NCBI GenBank assembly: GCA_965198235.1
Contig: OZ240248.1
Location: 3,168,001 to 3,232,000, forward strand
Direction: 5' to 3'
From: Candidatus Poribacteria bacterium
GTDB lineage: Bacteria > Poribacteria > WGA-4E > WGA-3G
DNA length: 64,000 nt
In this document: one piece after another, positions 19,523 to 28,498 of the stretch
Layout: each line of letters begins with the position of its first letter
Numbering within the stretch: position 1 is the stretch's first letter
Made by a program: the position numbers and the translations under genes
Notes under the pieces: generated by a model
Databases searched by the model: none
What the model saw: the letters and a program-made list of their open reading frames with translations, nothing else
Told to the model about the DNA's origin: nothing

Positions 19523-19785
19523 TTTTTAATTTATGGCTCCTGGTCTGTTTTTTAATCATGGTACTCCTGGACTGCTCTCCACTTCGTTACGAGCAGGTTC
19601 TTAGTGAATTGCACGTTCCTTCAACCTGCCATATTCCCTTTATCAGCGGGCAGTCGGACGTAGGGTTCACCGAGAACCCCCGCGTAATGTAATGGAGCGG
19701 TGCACAGGTGGCTATAGTTAGAAAATTTCGCGCAGGTTTTCGGTTAATTCGCGACTGGATTTAGGAATCTGTTCGCGATTTATAA
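19523..19785 (-). promoter_or_regulatory. Composite leader element with duplicated tail and inverted unit (ribH copy)
   Basis: P1 GGTGAA/TTCACT, AAGAAC, P2 CTGCTC/GAGCAG, two tandem CCAGGAG...TTAAAAA tails. Confidence 0.65.
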
Positions 19786-19840
19786 CTTGGTTATGCTTTT
19801 CTAATTTTCCGTGCCGTTCCTTGCTGATGGTTCCCGACGG

Positions 19841-21073
19841 CTATTCCTCATGTAGGAGGAGGTGGCCGAGTTTGGAACGTTTTGTTTCTAAATATCGGCG
19901 GTTAAATGTATTCGGTTTGGTTTGCAAGGGAACACGCTCGACGATTTCAAGCCCGTGCCCGGACAATCCTGTAACTTTTTGCGGGTTGTTTGTCATGAGT
20001 CGCATCTTTTGAACCCCTAAATCGGCTAATATTTGTGCACCGATGCCGTAGTCTCGCAAATCTGCGGGGAACCCAAGATGTTCATTCGCTTCGACGGTGT
20101 CTAATCCATCGTTGTCCTGCAACTGATATGCCCTGAGTTTCTCTTTGAGTCCCATGCCTCTGCCTTCTTGCCGCATATAGACGAGTACGCCCCTGCCTTC
20201 CTTCTCAATAGTTTTAAGGGCGGTTTCGAGTTGTTCGCCGCAATCGCATCTGAGGGAGCCAAAGACATCGCCAGTGAGACATTGCGAGTGCACGCGGACT
20301 AAGAGTGGGGCTGGATCGGTGAGATCGCCTTTTGTGAGTGCAATATGCGTTTTATCTGCCTCAACGGTTTCACCCCCTGTATCGGTACTTTCGTAGGCAT
20401 AAAGTTTGAACTCACCGTGTGCGGTTGGTATATCAGCGGTTGCGATGCGTCTAATCAGTGTCTCTGTCTCACGACGGTATGCGATGAGGTCGGTGATCGT
20501 GATGATTTTGAGTTGATGTTGCGCGGCGAACTCCATCAGTTCAGGAACGCGTGCCATGGTACCGTCTTCGTTGAGTATCTCACAGAGGACACCCGCCGGG
20601 TATAGTCCAGCCATACGTGCTAAATCGACGGTGGCTTCGGTATGTCCTGCTCGCCGGAGGACGCCCCCCGGTTTCGCCTCTAAGGGGAAGATATGTCCGG
20701 GGCGGACGAAATCTGAGGGGACAGCGTCAGAATCAACGAATTTCTGGATGGTATAGGCGCGTTCTTGTGCGGAGATGCCGGTTGTCACCTCTTTCGCATC
20801 AATGGTGACCGTGAAGGCGGTCTGCATTTGCGCCGTGTTGGCTGCCACCATGGGGTGAAGTTCAAGTTCGGCGAGGCGTTCCGAACAGGTAGGTAAGCAT
20901 ATCAACCCCCTGCCGTATTTCGCCATGAAATTAATCTGCTCTGCTGTCACCTTTTCAGCCGCCATGATGAGATCGCCTTCGTTCTCGCGATCGGGTTCAT
21001 CAACGACGATGATCATATCCCCATTTTGGATTGCAGAGAGTGCTTCAGGAATGGTATTAAATGTATTTGGCAT
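19841..21073 (-). CDS. ribBA: Bifunctional DHBP synthase / GTP cyclohydrolase II
   Basis: [40 protein letters not shown]. Confidence 0.96.
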   Translation of the reverse strand: MPNTFNTIPEALSAIQNGDMIIVVDEPDRENEGDLIMAAEKVTAEQINFMAKYGRGLICLPTCSERLAELELHPMVAANTAQMQTAFTVTIDAKEVTTGISAQERAYTIQKFVDSDAVPSDFVRPGHIFPLEAKPGGVLRRAGHTEATVDLARMAGLYPAGVLCEILNEDGTMARVPELMEFAAQHQLKIITITDLIAYRRETETLIRRIATADIPTAHGEFKLYAYESTDTGGETVEADKTHIALTKGDLTDPAPLLVRVHSQCLTGDVFGSLRCDCGEQLETALKTIEKEGRGVLVYMRQEGRGMGLKEKLRAYQLQDNDGLDTVEANEHLGFPADLRDYGIGAQILADLGVQKMRLMTNNPQKVTGLSGHGLEIVERVPLQTKPNTFNRRYLETKRSKLGHLLLHEE

Positions 21074-21076
21074 AAT

Positions 21077-21108
21077 GGCTATCGGCTATCGGCTATCGGC
21101 TGTCAGCC
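21077..21108. repeat. Heptamer tandem repeat (GGCTATC)n
   Basis: GGCTATC x3 plus GGCTGTC, just upstream of the ribBA ATG; related heptamers elsewhere in the window. Confidence 0.8.
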
Positions 21109-21235
21109 AGAGATCGTTGCGGGAATTGCAAGCGTTAGCAACTGCCACACACTCTACTGATTGCTGATTGCTCAGACGCTCCCACGCGCTTCAAAAGCTT
21201 TGTATCAGTAGGCGTGGGCGCGTCTGCTCTGACGG

Positions 21236-21907
21236 CTATTCGATATAGCCGTGTTTCGCTAAAAAATTCAAATTAAGGGTTTCGGAAGAGGACTGTTTGG
21301 TCCACTCCGTCTTATCTGCGGTATTTTTAAGTAGCGTTTCAAGATAACGCGCGACGATGTCGACTTCGAGGTTAACCTTAGCACCGTTCCGTTTCGTTCC
21401 GAAGGTCGTAACGTCCTTTGTATGCGGGATCAGAGTGACTTCAAAGGCATCTGCAAGCACGTTTGATACCGTTAAACTGACACCATCGATCGTGATGGAT
21501 CCTTTGTATGCGACATAGGGTTTGGTGGTGCTACTCATTGTAACCTGCATCACAGAGGCATCACCCTCATCTTTCCATGAACGGATTGTCGCGACCTCAT
21601 CGACGTGTCCCAGTACGAGATGCCCACCTAATCTATCGCTGAGCCGAAGTGAACGCTCTAAATTGACGTGCTCTCCTACCTTCCGTTCACCCAAGGTTGT
21701 GTGGCGTAAGGTCTCAGCGGATACATCCACAATGAATGTTTCCGATGTGAGAAAGCGGATCGTAAGACAGGCACCGTCAATGGCGATGCTATCGCCGACT
21801 TTCGCATCACTGAGAACGTCATTCGCCTGAATCTCAAGGGTCGCATCTTGAGATTTAACCTGAAGGCTTCTAATCGTTCCGAGTTCCTCAACGATCCCGG
21901 TGAACAT
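21236..21907 (-). CDS. ribE: Riboflavin synthase (alpha)
   Basis: MFTGIVEE, GDSIAIDGACLT, GGHLVLGHVD. Confidence 0.95.
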   Translation of the reverse strand: MFTGIVEELGTIRSLQVKSQDATLEIQANDVLSDAKVGDSIAIDGACLTIRFLTSETFIVDVSAETLRHTTLGERKVGEHVNLERSLRLSDRLGGHLVLGHVDEVATIRSWKDEGDASVMQVTMSSTTKPYVAYKGSITIDGVSLTVSNVLADAFEVTLIPHTKDVTTFGTKRNGAKVNLEVDIVARYLETLLKNTADKTEWTKQSSSETLNLNFLAKHGYIE

Positions 21908-21908
21908 G

Positions 21909-23009
21909 CTATAGATACCCCTCAATTAGAATGTCGTGTTCAGGAAGCGGTGTGACGCTAATTCGCCGTAGGTTCGCTGCATCGCTCAAACTGCGGATTC
22001 CTACACCGCCGATCGGTCCAGGTGCATTCTGTCCGCCGATGAGTCTGGGTGCGATGAAACACATAACCTTATCCACGATACCTGCTGCGAGAGCTGAGGC
22101 GTTGATTTCGCTACCACCTTCTATTAGGACGCTTGTTATCTCACGTTTCCCTAATATTTCCATCAAACTCTTGAAACAGACCTTACCGTATACCGCAGGA
22201 ACGGTTATCACTTCTGCGCCAGCCTTTTCGAGGACCTCAACGTTTTCAGAGGGTGCCTCTGGCGTTACAGCCACGATAACACCAGCCTCGCTTTCGGCGT
22301 TGAAAATGCGTGCATCCGTGCGCGTTCTCCCGTGTGAATCTAACACAATCCGGAGTGCGTCCTGTCCCTCTCTGCCCTGAAGCCGCGTTGTGAGTGCGGG
22401 GTTATCGCGTGCGACTGTACCTCTACCGACGAGAATCGCATCCACCGCGTCCCGAACCTCATGTCCCCGCTGTCGCGATGCTTCGGACGTAATCCATTGT
22501 GATTCCCCAGAAGCCGTGGCGATTTTCCCATCGAGGCTCATAGCGGTTTTGAGAATCACAAACGGTTTGCCGGTTTGAATGTATTTCCGATGCACCTCGT
22601 TTAGGTCTGACGCTTCTTGTCTGCGGACGCCTACGTGGACGTTTATACCCGCGTTTTGGAGTTGTTGAACACCCTTGCCGGCGACACTCGGATTCCGATC
22701 AACCTCTGCGACATAGACCTGCGCGATACCTGCGCGAATCAATGCCTCTGTGCAGGGGGGTGTCCGTCCCCAATGGCAGCACGGCTCAAGATTTGTGTAA
22801 AGCGTCGCGCCTTTGGCATCCTCGCCTGCGGCGTTAAGCGCATGGACTTCGGCGTGTGGAGTTCCTGCTTTCTGATGATATCCTTCACCGATAACCTTTC
22901 CGTTTTTTACAATGACCGCGCCAACGAGAGGGTTAGGACTCGTGCGTCCTTTTGCCCGCCGTGCTAAATCCAGCGCACGTTGCATAAAGGCTATATGTGT
23001 TTCGTCCAT
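21909..23009 (-). CDS. ribD: Riboflavin deaminase/reductase
   Basis: PNPLVG, HAE, LEPCCHWGRTPPC, SLDGKIA, LIEGG. Confidence 0.96.
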   Translation of the reverse strand: MDETHIAFMQRALDLARRAKGRTSPNPLVGAVIVKNGKVIGEGYHQKAGTPHAEVHALNAAGEDAKGATLYTNLEPCCHWGRTPPCTEALIRAGIAQVYVAEVDRNPSVAGKGVQQLQNAGINVHVGVRRQEASDLNEVHRKYIQTGKPFVILKTAMSLDGKIATASGESQWITSEASRQRGHEVRDAVDAILVGRGTVARDNPALTTRLQGREGQDALRIVLDSHGRTRTDARIFNAESEAGVIVAVTPEAPSENVEVLEKAGAEVITVPAVYGKVCFKSLMEILGKREITSVLIEGGSEINASALAAGIVDKVMCFIAPRLIGGQNAPGPIGGVGIRSLSDAANLRRISVTPLPEHDILIEGYL

Positions 23010-23084
23010 GGCGATGCGTTATCTACACCCGAAGATCTATTTTTTTAAATTATATCATATTTCGATAAGAAATCAAAATCATTT

Positions 23085-23576
23085 TTAAAGTACTGCGACC
23101 TCTTTCAGGGATTCGAGGATTTCTGTCTGTTTTGCGAGATCAAATTGATGCGTGCCGATATACATATATCTAATAATCCCTGTTTCGTCAATGATAAATG
23201 TTGCCGGACGTGCGATGTTGTAAGCCTCTAAACTGAGCCAGTGGTAGACCCCGTAGCTTTTGATGATGTTTCTTGTTTTATCTACCAGTAGCGGGAATGT
23301 GATGCCGTTTTTCTCGGCATAACCTCGAAGTTCACGGGGCCACTGCCCTGCAATGGCGAGCGGCGTGCCTGTATATGCTGCGTACGCTTTGAAGTTTTCT
23401 TGCACTGCTGTCAACTGACGACGGCTGTTCGGTCACCATGTCCCTCGAAAGAAGGTTAGGATGACGTGTTGCGTTCCGCGATACGTTTCAAGCGATACCT
23501 CTCCGCGTTGATGCGATGGGAGCGTGAATAGCGGCGCAGTATCGCCGATGTTGAGAACCTTGTTTTTCCGTGGCAT
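23085..23576 (-). CDS. AhpC/TSA peroxiredoxin-like selenoprotein (in-frame TGA, UxxS)
   Basis: ATG at 23576 reads IGDTAPLFTLP...TFFRGTW-TGA-PNSRRQL in frame with the 109-aa ORF (FPLLVD, ARPATFIID); TGA at 23433-23435. Confidence 0.8.
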
Positions 23577-23582
23577 AGGCAC

Positions 23583-23611
23583 ACTGTATCAAAAATTGCG
23601 GTGAATGTCAA
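23583..23611 (-). promoter_or_regulatory. Promoter for a leaderless selenoprotein mRNA
   Basis: TTGACA-17-TACAGT with extended TG, 6 nt before the ATG; no SD. Confidence 0.6.
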
Positions 23612-23664
23612 GCGTTTAGTAGATGGCTATCGGATTTCAGCAATCGGCGATTGGGTGTTTATTG

Positions 23665-23990
23665 TCAGAATCAGGATTTACAGGGTTATCTGAATCGCGG
23701 ATTTATCAGATTACACGGATTACGCGGATTTTGGGAGTTGTGTGTATTCTGGTGTCTTCAGCCTTGTAGGAATGGTATCTGTGTGAAGACAGGCAGAATG
23801 AAAAATAAGCCCCGTAGGGGCGGTATCTGTGTAGAAAAGATGTCCGCTCCGAAAAAATAGCTTTCTTCGCATTGGATTTTAGCGTTTGCGGGGCGACATG
23901 TGTATAGAAAAGCGTTTCAGAAAAGATAAAGCCCCAGCGGGGCGGCATGTGAGCAGATGCAGGATGCGCGAGGCACGGGCCCTAACAACT
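23665..23990. repeat. Cluster of rGATT nonamer repeats and GCCCC-n-GGGGC REP-like palindromes
   Basis: GCCCCGTAGGGGCGGTATCTGTGTAGAAAA and GCCCCAGCGGGGCGGCATG; inverted copies at 24655-24730 and 28020-28180. Confidence 0.75.
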
Positions 23991-23995
23991 CTGGT

Positions 23996-24217
23996 TTATG
24001 AAATTTTTTGCTGGTGCTCGGCGATGATTTTTCCTAATGCTCTCAAGGCATCGTTAACGGATTTCGCGTCCGGGAACATTTCGGCTACGTCGTCATCAAG
24101 CCGAATCAGGTTTGTTCCTGCGTGGTATCGCTCCGCATATTTGCCCCGAACCCCTTTACTGAAATCATATTCATCGAGCATATCTGGGTCATGTTGATTG
24201 GATGTTGCTTGACTCAT
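23996..24217 (-). CDS. BrnA-like antitoxin (no adjacent toxin)
   Basis: EYDFSKGVRGKY...IRLDDDV...VNDALR. Confidence 0.7.
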   Translation of the reverse strand: MSQATSNQHDPDMLDEYDFSKGVRGKYAERYHAGTNLIRLDDDVAEMFPDAKSVNDALRALGKIIAEHQQKIS

Positions 24218-24425
24218 AGGTTTTCCTTTATAGAAAAAGTCAACGGTATTTGCCCTGAATTATAGCAGATTCACTTATGGAAATCAAATTAGTATGGAAA
24301 TCAAATTAGGAGGTTCGGTTGGATTGCAGTCCTTCCTTGAATGCCCTCATCAAATATGCTATGCTTTTAAAAAGTAAGGATAACGATGTCCATGAATACT
24401 CTAAAGCTTATTTTGAGGGTAAGGA

Positions 24426-24641
24426 ATGAACAAAAAATCATATAGCAGATACCGAAAATCAAGACGATGGCAAACCAAACGCCAAACGGTTATGAAGCGT
24501 GCGGGCTACAAATGTCGGAAATGTGGAAACAGACGTGCAACGCAGGTGCATCACGAAACTTATAGACGCGTCGGCAGAGAACGACTCAGCGACCTAACCG
24601 CGGTGTGCGGCGGGTGTCATAAACGGATTCATGGGAAGTAG
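24426..24641 (+). CDS. Small HNH endonuclease
   Basis: CRKC...VHH...DL.AVCGGCH..IH; SD-like AAGGA and TTGAAT-17-TATGCT promoter upstream. Confidence 0.75.
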   Translation: MNKKSYSRYRKSRRWQTKRQTVMKRAGYKCRKCGNRRATQVHHETYRRVGRERLSDLTAVCGGCHKRIHGK

Positions 24642-24893
24642 CAGATAATCCTATAAACATGCCGCCCTTACAGGGCTTGTTTCTATCTACTGAGACGCGT
24701 TCTATAAACATGCCGCCCCTATGGGGCTGGTATTTATTAGATGTGTATGTGTTTTTTTCTATCCGGTGCGATTTCAAACCGCATCTACCGCGATTAAAAA
24801 CCGTTCGGATTTGGAAACCTCACCGATGAAAATGGGACAAGAAGAAGGCAAAGGGAGTCGGGGTTACAAACCCCTCCCACAAGAAGAATTCCG

Positions 24894-27800
24894 TTACAAT
24901 GGGGGTAACCCGTTAACAATCTGCACTGTCTTCAAACTGACGGTGATGACGCGGGCAATTAAATCCACAATATACCGTGGCTCCGACGCTCGGTTCGGAT
25001 CGTTGACAATCCCACTCCGCTTGTCTGTCTTGACACGATACTGATCCACCACCCACTCCAACGCAGAACGGTTACCGAGTTTATAGTCATAGACCTCTGG
25101 CGGGATGCCGTCCAGTGTGAGGAAATCGTTGTATTTCAACTGCGTCTTGTCTTTGGACAATCTCATCTTCTCGACGCGCCAATCTACGGTCATACCTTCC
25201 GTTTCGATGTATTTCAGTCCATCGTATTTTGGAGCGGATTCATAGTTGACGTGTAAATCTGCTAACGCCGCACCTGCATTGGCGAAGCCCCAGAAATCTT
25301 CGGCGAAGGGGATATGCGGGAGGTCGCGTTTGAGGTTCATCTCGTATTTCTCACGATAGGTCGGATGGTGCAGGAGACCGTAGTTGTAGTGGAAGATGTC
25401 CCACTTGGAGATGGTGTCGTCGCCGTAACGGGTTTGGAATTCCGTCAACGCCCAATCGGTGATGTTCTCTTGCCGGTTCGTGCCGTCCTCGTTGTAGGTG
25501 TAGAAAGGGAAGCATTGGGAATCGCCTGTAAGATGAAGATCTGGAATTACATCAACTATCAGTAATTGAAAAGGTTTGTCACTTCCAATGCCACTGACAC
25601 AGATTATCCGATTTTCTGATTCCGTCTCAGGTGTTGGTAAAATTCGGTGCTGTTGGTAACGTTCCTCATTCCAGAAATTATCAAAGTAGAGGTATTTCTG
25701 ACAGAAGGGACGATACAGCGATGTACGGAAGTGAGCCTCTTCATAACTACTTGACTCCAGTTTTTTTAGTGATGCTTTAACTTGGCGAGTCCATTTAATG
25801 CGCGGGTCAGTCGCGTCAATGAAACTGTCAACTGGGGCTTTAGGATTATGCCTTCGCTTCCGATCAACAGTAGTGTTGTATAGTTCAATAAATGTGTGAA
25901 CCCGCTCTTGTAGTAGTGCAAGGTCAAAAGAATAAGCCAAAATATCTCTGTTTGTAGCAACCCCCAGAGAATAGAGGTTAAAAATAGTCTTTCTATCCTT
26001 TGTGTTTTTCACTTCCTTACTTCCCATAGGGATAAAGGTGTCAAATTCGACATCAAGTCCTTCGGTGAGCCACGTATGCTTTTTGTCAATAGTAATCTGT
26101 TTCATCGGGACGTTTCTATAATCCCCAAAGTCGCTTAAAAATTTCTGCTTCTCACGTGCTTTCAGATAGTCGCTAACAGAATAAATCCATATCTCGGTTT
26201 CCGTGTCAGATGTTGCCCTTGCTTTTTTGATGAAGAAACTAATCCCTACACCGACCCGAATTTGATCGTCAAAAACGTTGCCTCCCTCTTTTCGTCGGCG
26301 TTCACCAGAGGTACGGGCATTTCCTTTGAAATTGATGTGATAAATTTTGGTGAAGTCCTGTGCGATGTGTTTCCGCATACCGTCGAACGCTATACCGTTG
26401 AGAAAACCGTTGTTCGTTACAAAGGCAACTACCCCTTCCTCGCCAATCCGGTCAGATGCCCATCGAATCGCTTTCACGTAGGGATCGTATAGTTTATTTC
26501 TGAGCGTCGCTTTAGAATCTGCAACATAAGTCTCCGCAATCCGCTTGTCCATCGCGGGGTACTTGCGATTTTTGTTGTTATCGTTCTCATTCACCTGCCC
26601 CATGTTGTAGGGCGGATTGCCGATGACGACGAACATATCCGCCGTCTTCTGTCGTTCCACGCGTTCTGTGTTTTCCTGTGTGAAGAGTTCCCCTTGCTGC
26701 TGCTCAAGCAACTCAAATGTGTCGGCAAGCGCGATCCCCTCGAACGGCAGATACGTCCCTGTCCGTTGGAAGTATTCCTGTTCGATGTTGAGACTGGCGA
26801 TGTAGTAGGGCAGGAGCATCACCTCGTTGCAATGCAACTCGTGGCGGTATTTCGCCTCCAACGTCGTGCCTTGGATGTCCTGCATGAGCCGGACGATGAA
26901 GTTGCCCGTCCCGACGAACGGGTCAATGATATGCACGCCGGTATCTGACAATGACCGACCGAATTCGGTTTCCGAGATGTGTGCGACGCTGTTCACCATG
27001 AAATCGACGATCGGTTGCGGTGTATAGACGATGCCGTGTGTGTCGGCTACGTCCTCAGAGAATCCTTGAAAGAATTTCTCGTAGAATGTGTTGAGGAAGT
27101 GCTGTTTTTGGGAGAAGTCTTTGCAGAGCATCGCGGCTTGTTCAATTGCGACATAGAACCGATCTAACGGTTTGAGAAATTCCTCGCGACTGAACGCCTG
27201 TCGGATGAGTTCATCCACGACGTTTTCAATCTCACGTGCGATAATATTTCGGCGGGTGAAGGCGGAGTTATTAAAGACGGTGCGGAAGATGCGTTCGGTG
27301 AGGATATGTTGGATGAGCATCTCCTCGACGGCGTCCTGTGAGAGTTCCGGGTTGATGGAGGTGCGGCAGGTATCGTAGAAATCGGTGAACGCCTTTTTGA
27401 AGGCTGGGTCGGTTTCGTGGCGTTGCTCAATGAGTTCTTTGAGTCTGTTGGCGAGGTCTGGCACATGTTCCCTGAAATCAGTGACGGCGGTCTGCCAGTT
27501 GTCGAGTGCGGGTGGGACGTAAGCGAATAGGTATTGAAGTGCGGCAATCAGGTTGGCGGGTTCGGTGATGTTGAGATCGAGCACCTCCGCTCCGTTCTGA
27601 TACAGGATGACGCGTTGCGGTGTTTGGAAGAGGATGTTGTCGAGCGGGTAGCCCGCTTCGCGTTTCTCTTGCACGGACTGTGATAGGTCGTCGTCTATGT
27701 CTTTCGCTTCCCAGTAGGAGAGCGGGAGTCCGTATTCGTCGATGATTGCGCCGTCAATAACGATGCGATTTCCTTTTGGGGCGCGCATCGGGTATTGCGG

Positions 27801-27962
27801 GATGAAGGTGGCGTTCACCTGTTTTGCGCAGGCGTGCAGGAGCGTATCAAAGGGTGAGCTGACCGCGCCTTCGTGTGTGATGTCGTGTTGTTCGTATTGC
27901 TGCAGTGTGGCGTAATAGTCTCGGATTGCTTTGTGATTGGGTTTGAGGTTGAGTTTCGGCAT
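24894..27962 (-). CDS. Single-chain restriction-modification enzyme: nuclease, N6-adenine MTase and Type ISP-like target recognition domain; no helicase
   Basis: IDG...WEAKD nuclease; GIVYTPQPIVDF; DPFVGTGNF; IGNPPY; GVATNRD, YRPF, LKRDLPHIP, GNRSALEW. Confidence 0.85.
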   Translation of the reverse strand: MPKLNLKPNHKAIRDYYATLQQYEQHDITHEGAVSSPFDTLLHACAKQVNATFIPQYPMRAPKGNRIVIDGAIIDEYGLPLSYWEAKDIDDDLSQSVQEKREAGYPLDNILFQTPQRVILYQNGAEVLDLNITEPANLIAALQYLFAYVPPALDNWQTAVTDFREHVPDLANRLKELIEQRHETDPAFKKAFTDFYDTCRTSINPELSQDAVEEMLIQHILTERIFRTVFNNSAFTRRNIIAREIENVVDELIRQAFSREEFLKPLDRFYVAIEQAAMLCKDFSQKQHFLNTFYEKFFQGFSEDVADTHGIVYTPQPIVDFMVNSVAHISETEFGRSLSDTGVHIIDPFVGTGNFIVRLMQDIQGTTLEAKYRHELHCNEVMLLPYYIASLNIEQEYFQRTGTYLPFEGIALADTFELLEQQQGELFTQENTERVERQKTADMFVVIGNPPYNMGQVNENDNNKNRKYPAMDKRIAETYVADSKATLRNKLYDPYVKAIRWASDRIGEEGVVAFVTNNGFLNGIAFDGMRKHIAQDFTKIYHINFKGNARTSGERRRKEGGNVFDDQIRVGVGISFFIKKARATSDTETEIWIYSVSDYLKAREKQKFLSDFGDYRNVPMKQITIDKKHTWLTEGLDVEFDTFIPMGSKEVKNTKDRKTIFNLYSLGVATNRDILAYSFDLALLQERVHTFIELYNTTVDRKRRHNPKAPVDSFIDATDPRIKWTRQVKASLKKLESSSYEEAHFRTSLYRPFCQKYLYFDNFWNEERYQQHRILPTPETESENRIICVSGIGSDKPFQLLIVDVIPDLHLTGDSQCFPFYTYNEDGTNRQENITDWALTEFQTRYGDDTISKWDIFHYNYGLLHHPTYREKYEMNLKRDLPHIPFAEDFWGFANAGAALADLHVNYESAPKYDGLKYIETEGMTVDWRVEKMRLSKDKTQLKYNDFLTLDGIPPEVYDYKLGNRSALEWVVDQYRVKTDKRSGIVNDPNRASEPRYIVDLIARVITVSLKTVQIVNGLPPL

Positions 27963-27968
27963 GGGGAT

Positions 27969-27997
27969 ATGATAGCAGATTTTGAGGTGTAAATCAA
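27969..27997 (-). promoter_or_regulatory. Promoter for a leaderless R-M mRNA
   Basis: TTGATT-17-TATCAT with extended TG, 6 nt before ATG 27962. Confidence 0.55.
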
Positions 27998-28498
27998 GGG
28001 AATTTGGGATGGAGGGACACACATGTCGCCCCTCTGGGGCTTGAGTGTATGGGGGCGCTTTTCTATAAACATATCGCCCCTACGGGGCTGGAGACGTAGT
28101 GGTACAAACCTGTGAAAATCCACGCAATCTGTGTAATCCGCGATTCAGACGAAAAATGACCATGTCGCCCCTCTGGGGCTTTGTTTTTTCAGGAGATGCG
28201 TTTCTACACAGATGGGGTTTCTCCGCTGGGGCTGAGGGAGTTCGGGGTTGGAAACCCCTCCCACAGGTCGTTCCTACAGCAGACGTGGTGTGACTACCAC
28301 TATGTTGTGTTTTGGAAGAGAGTTTTATTTAAAAATAATGGTGCTGGAACTGGCGGCAACCCTCTCTCAACCGCGTTGCAGCATAAGCATATTCATTACA
28401 AAATGATAACAGATTTAGGAAAAATAGTCAAAATCAAACCGCACCTACCTTATTAGGGGACCTGTGAACCAACGTTTATGAGATAGGTTCTATAAAGG

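Noticed and set aside
13128-19671. Leader elements as hammerhead or twister ribozymes, or as rho-independent terminators
   Set aside because: No CUGAnGA core or twister consensus; on the coding strand the stems are followed by A-rich rather than U-rich tails, and on the opposite strand the T-run precedes the stem
23010-23084. FMN riboswitch before the rib genes
   Set aside because: Only about 40 nt lie between a TATAAT promoter and ribD; no RFN consensus is visible here or in the other rib spacers
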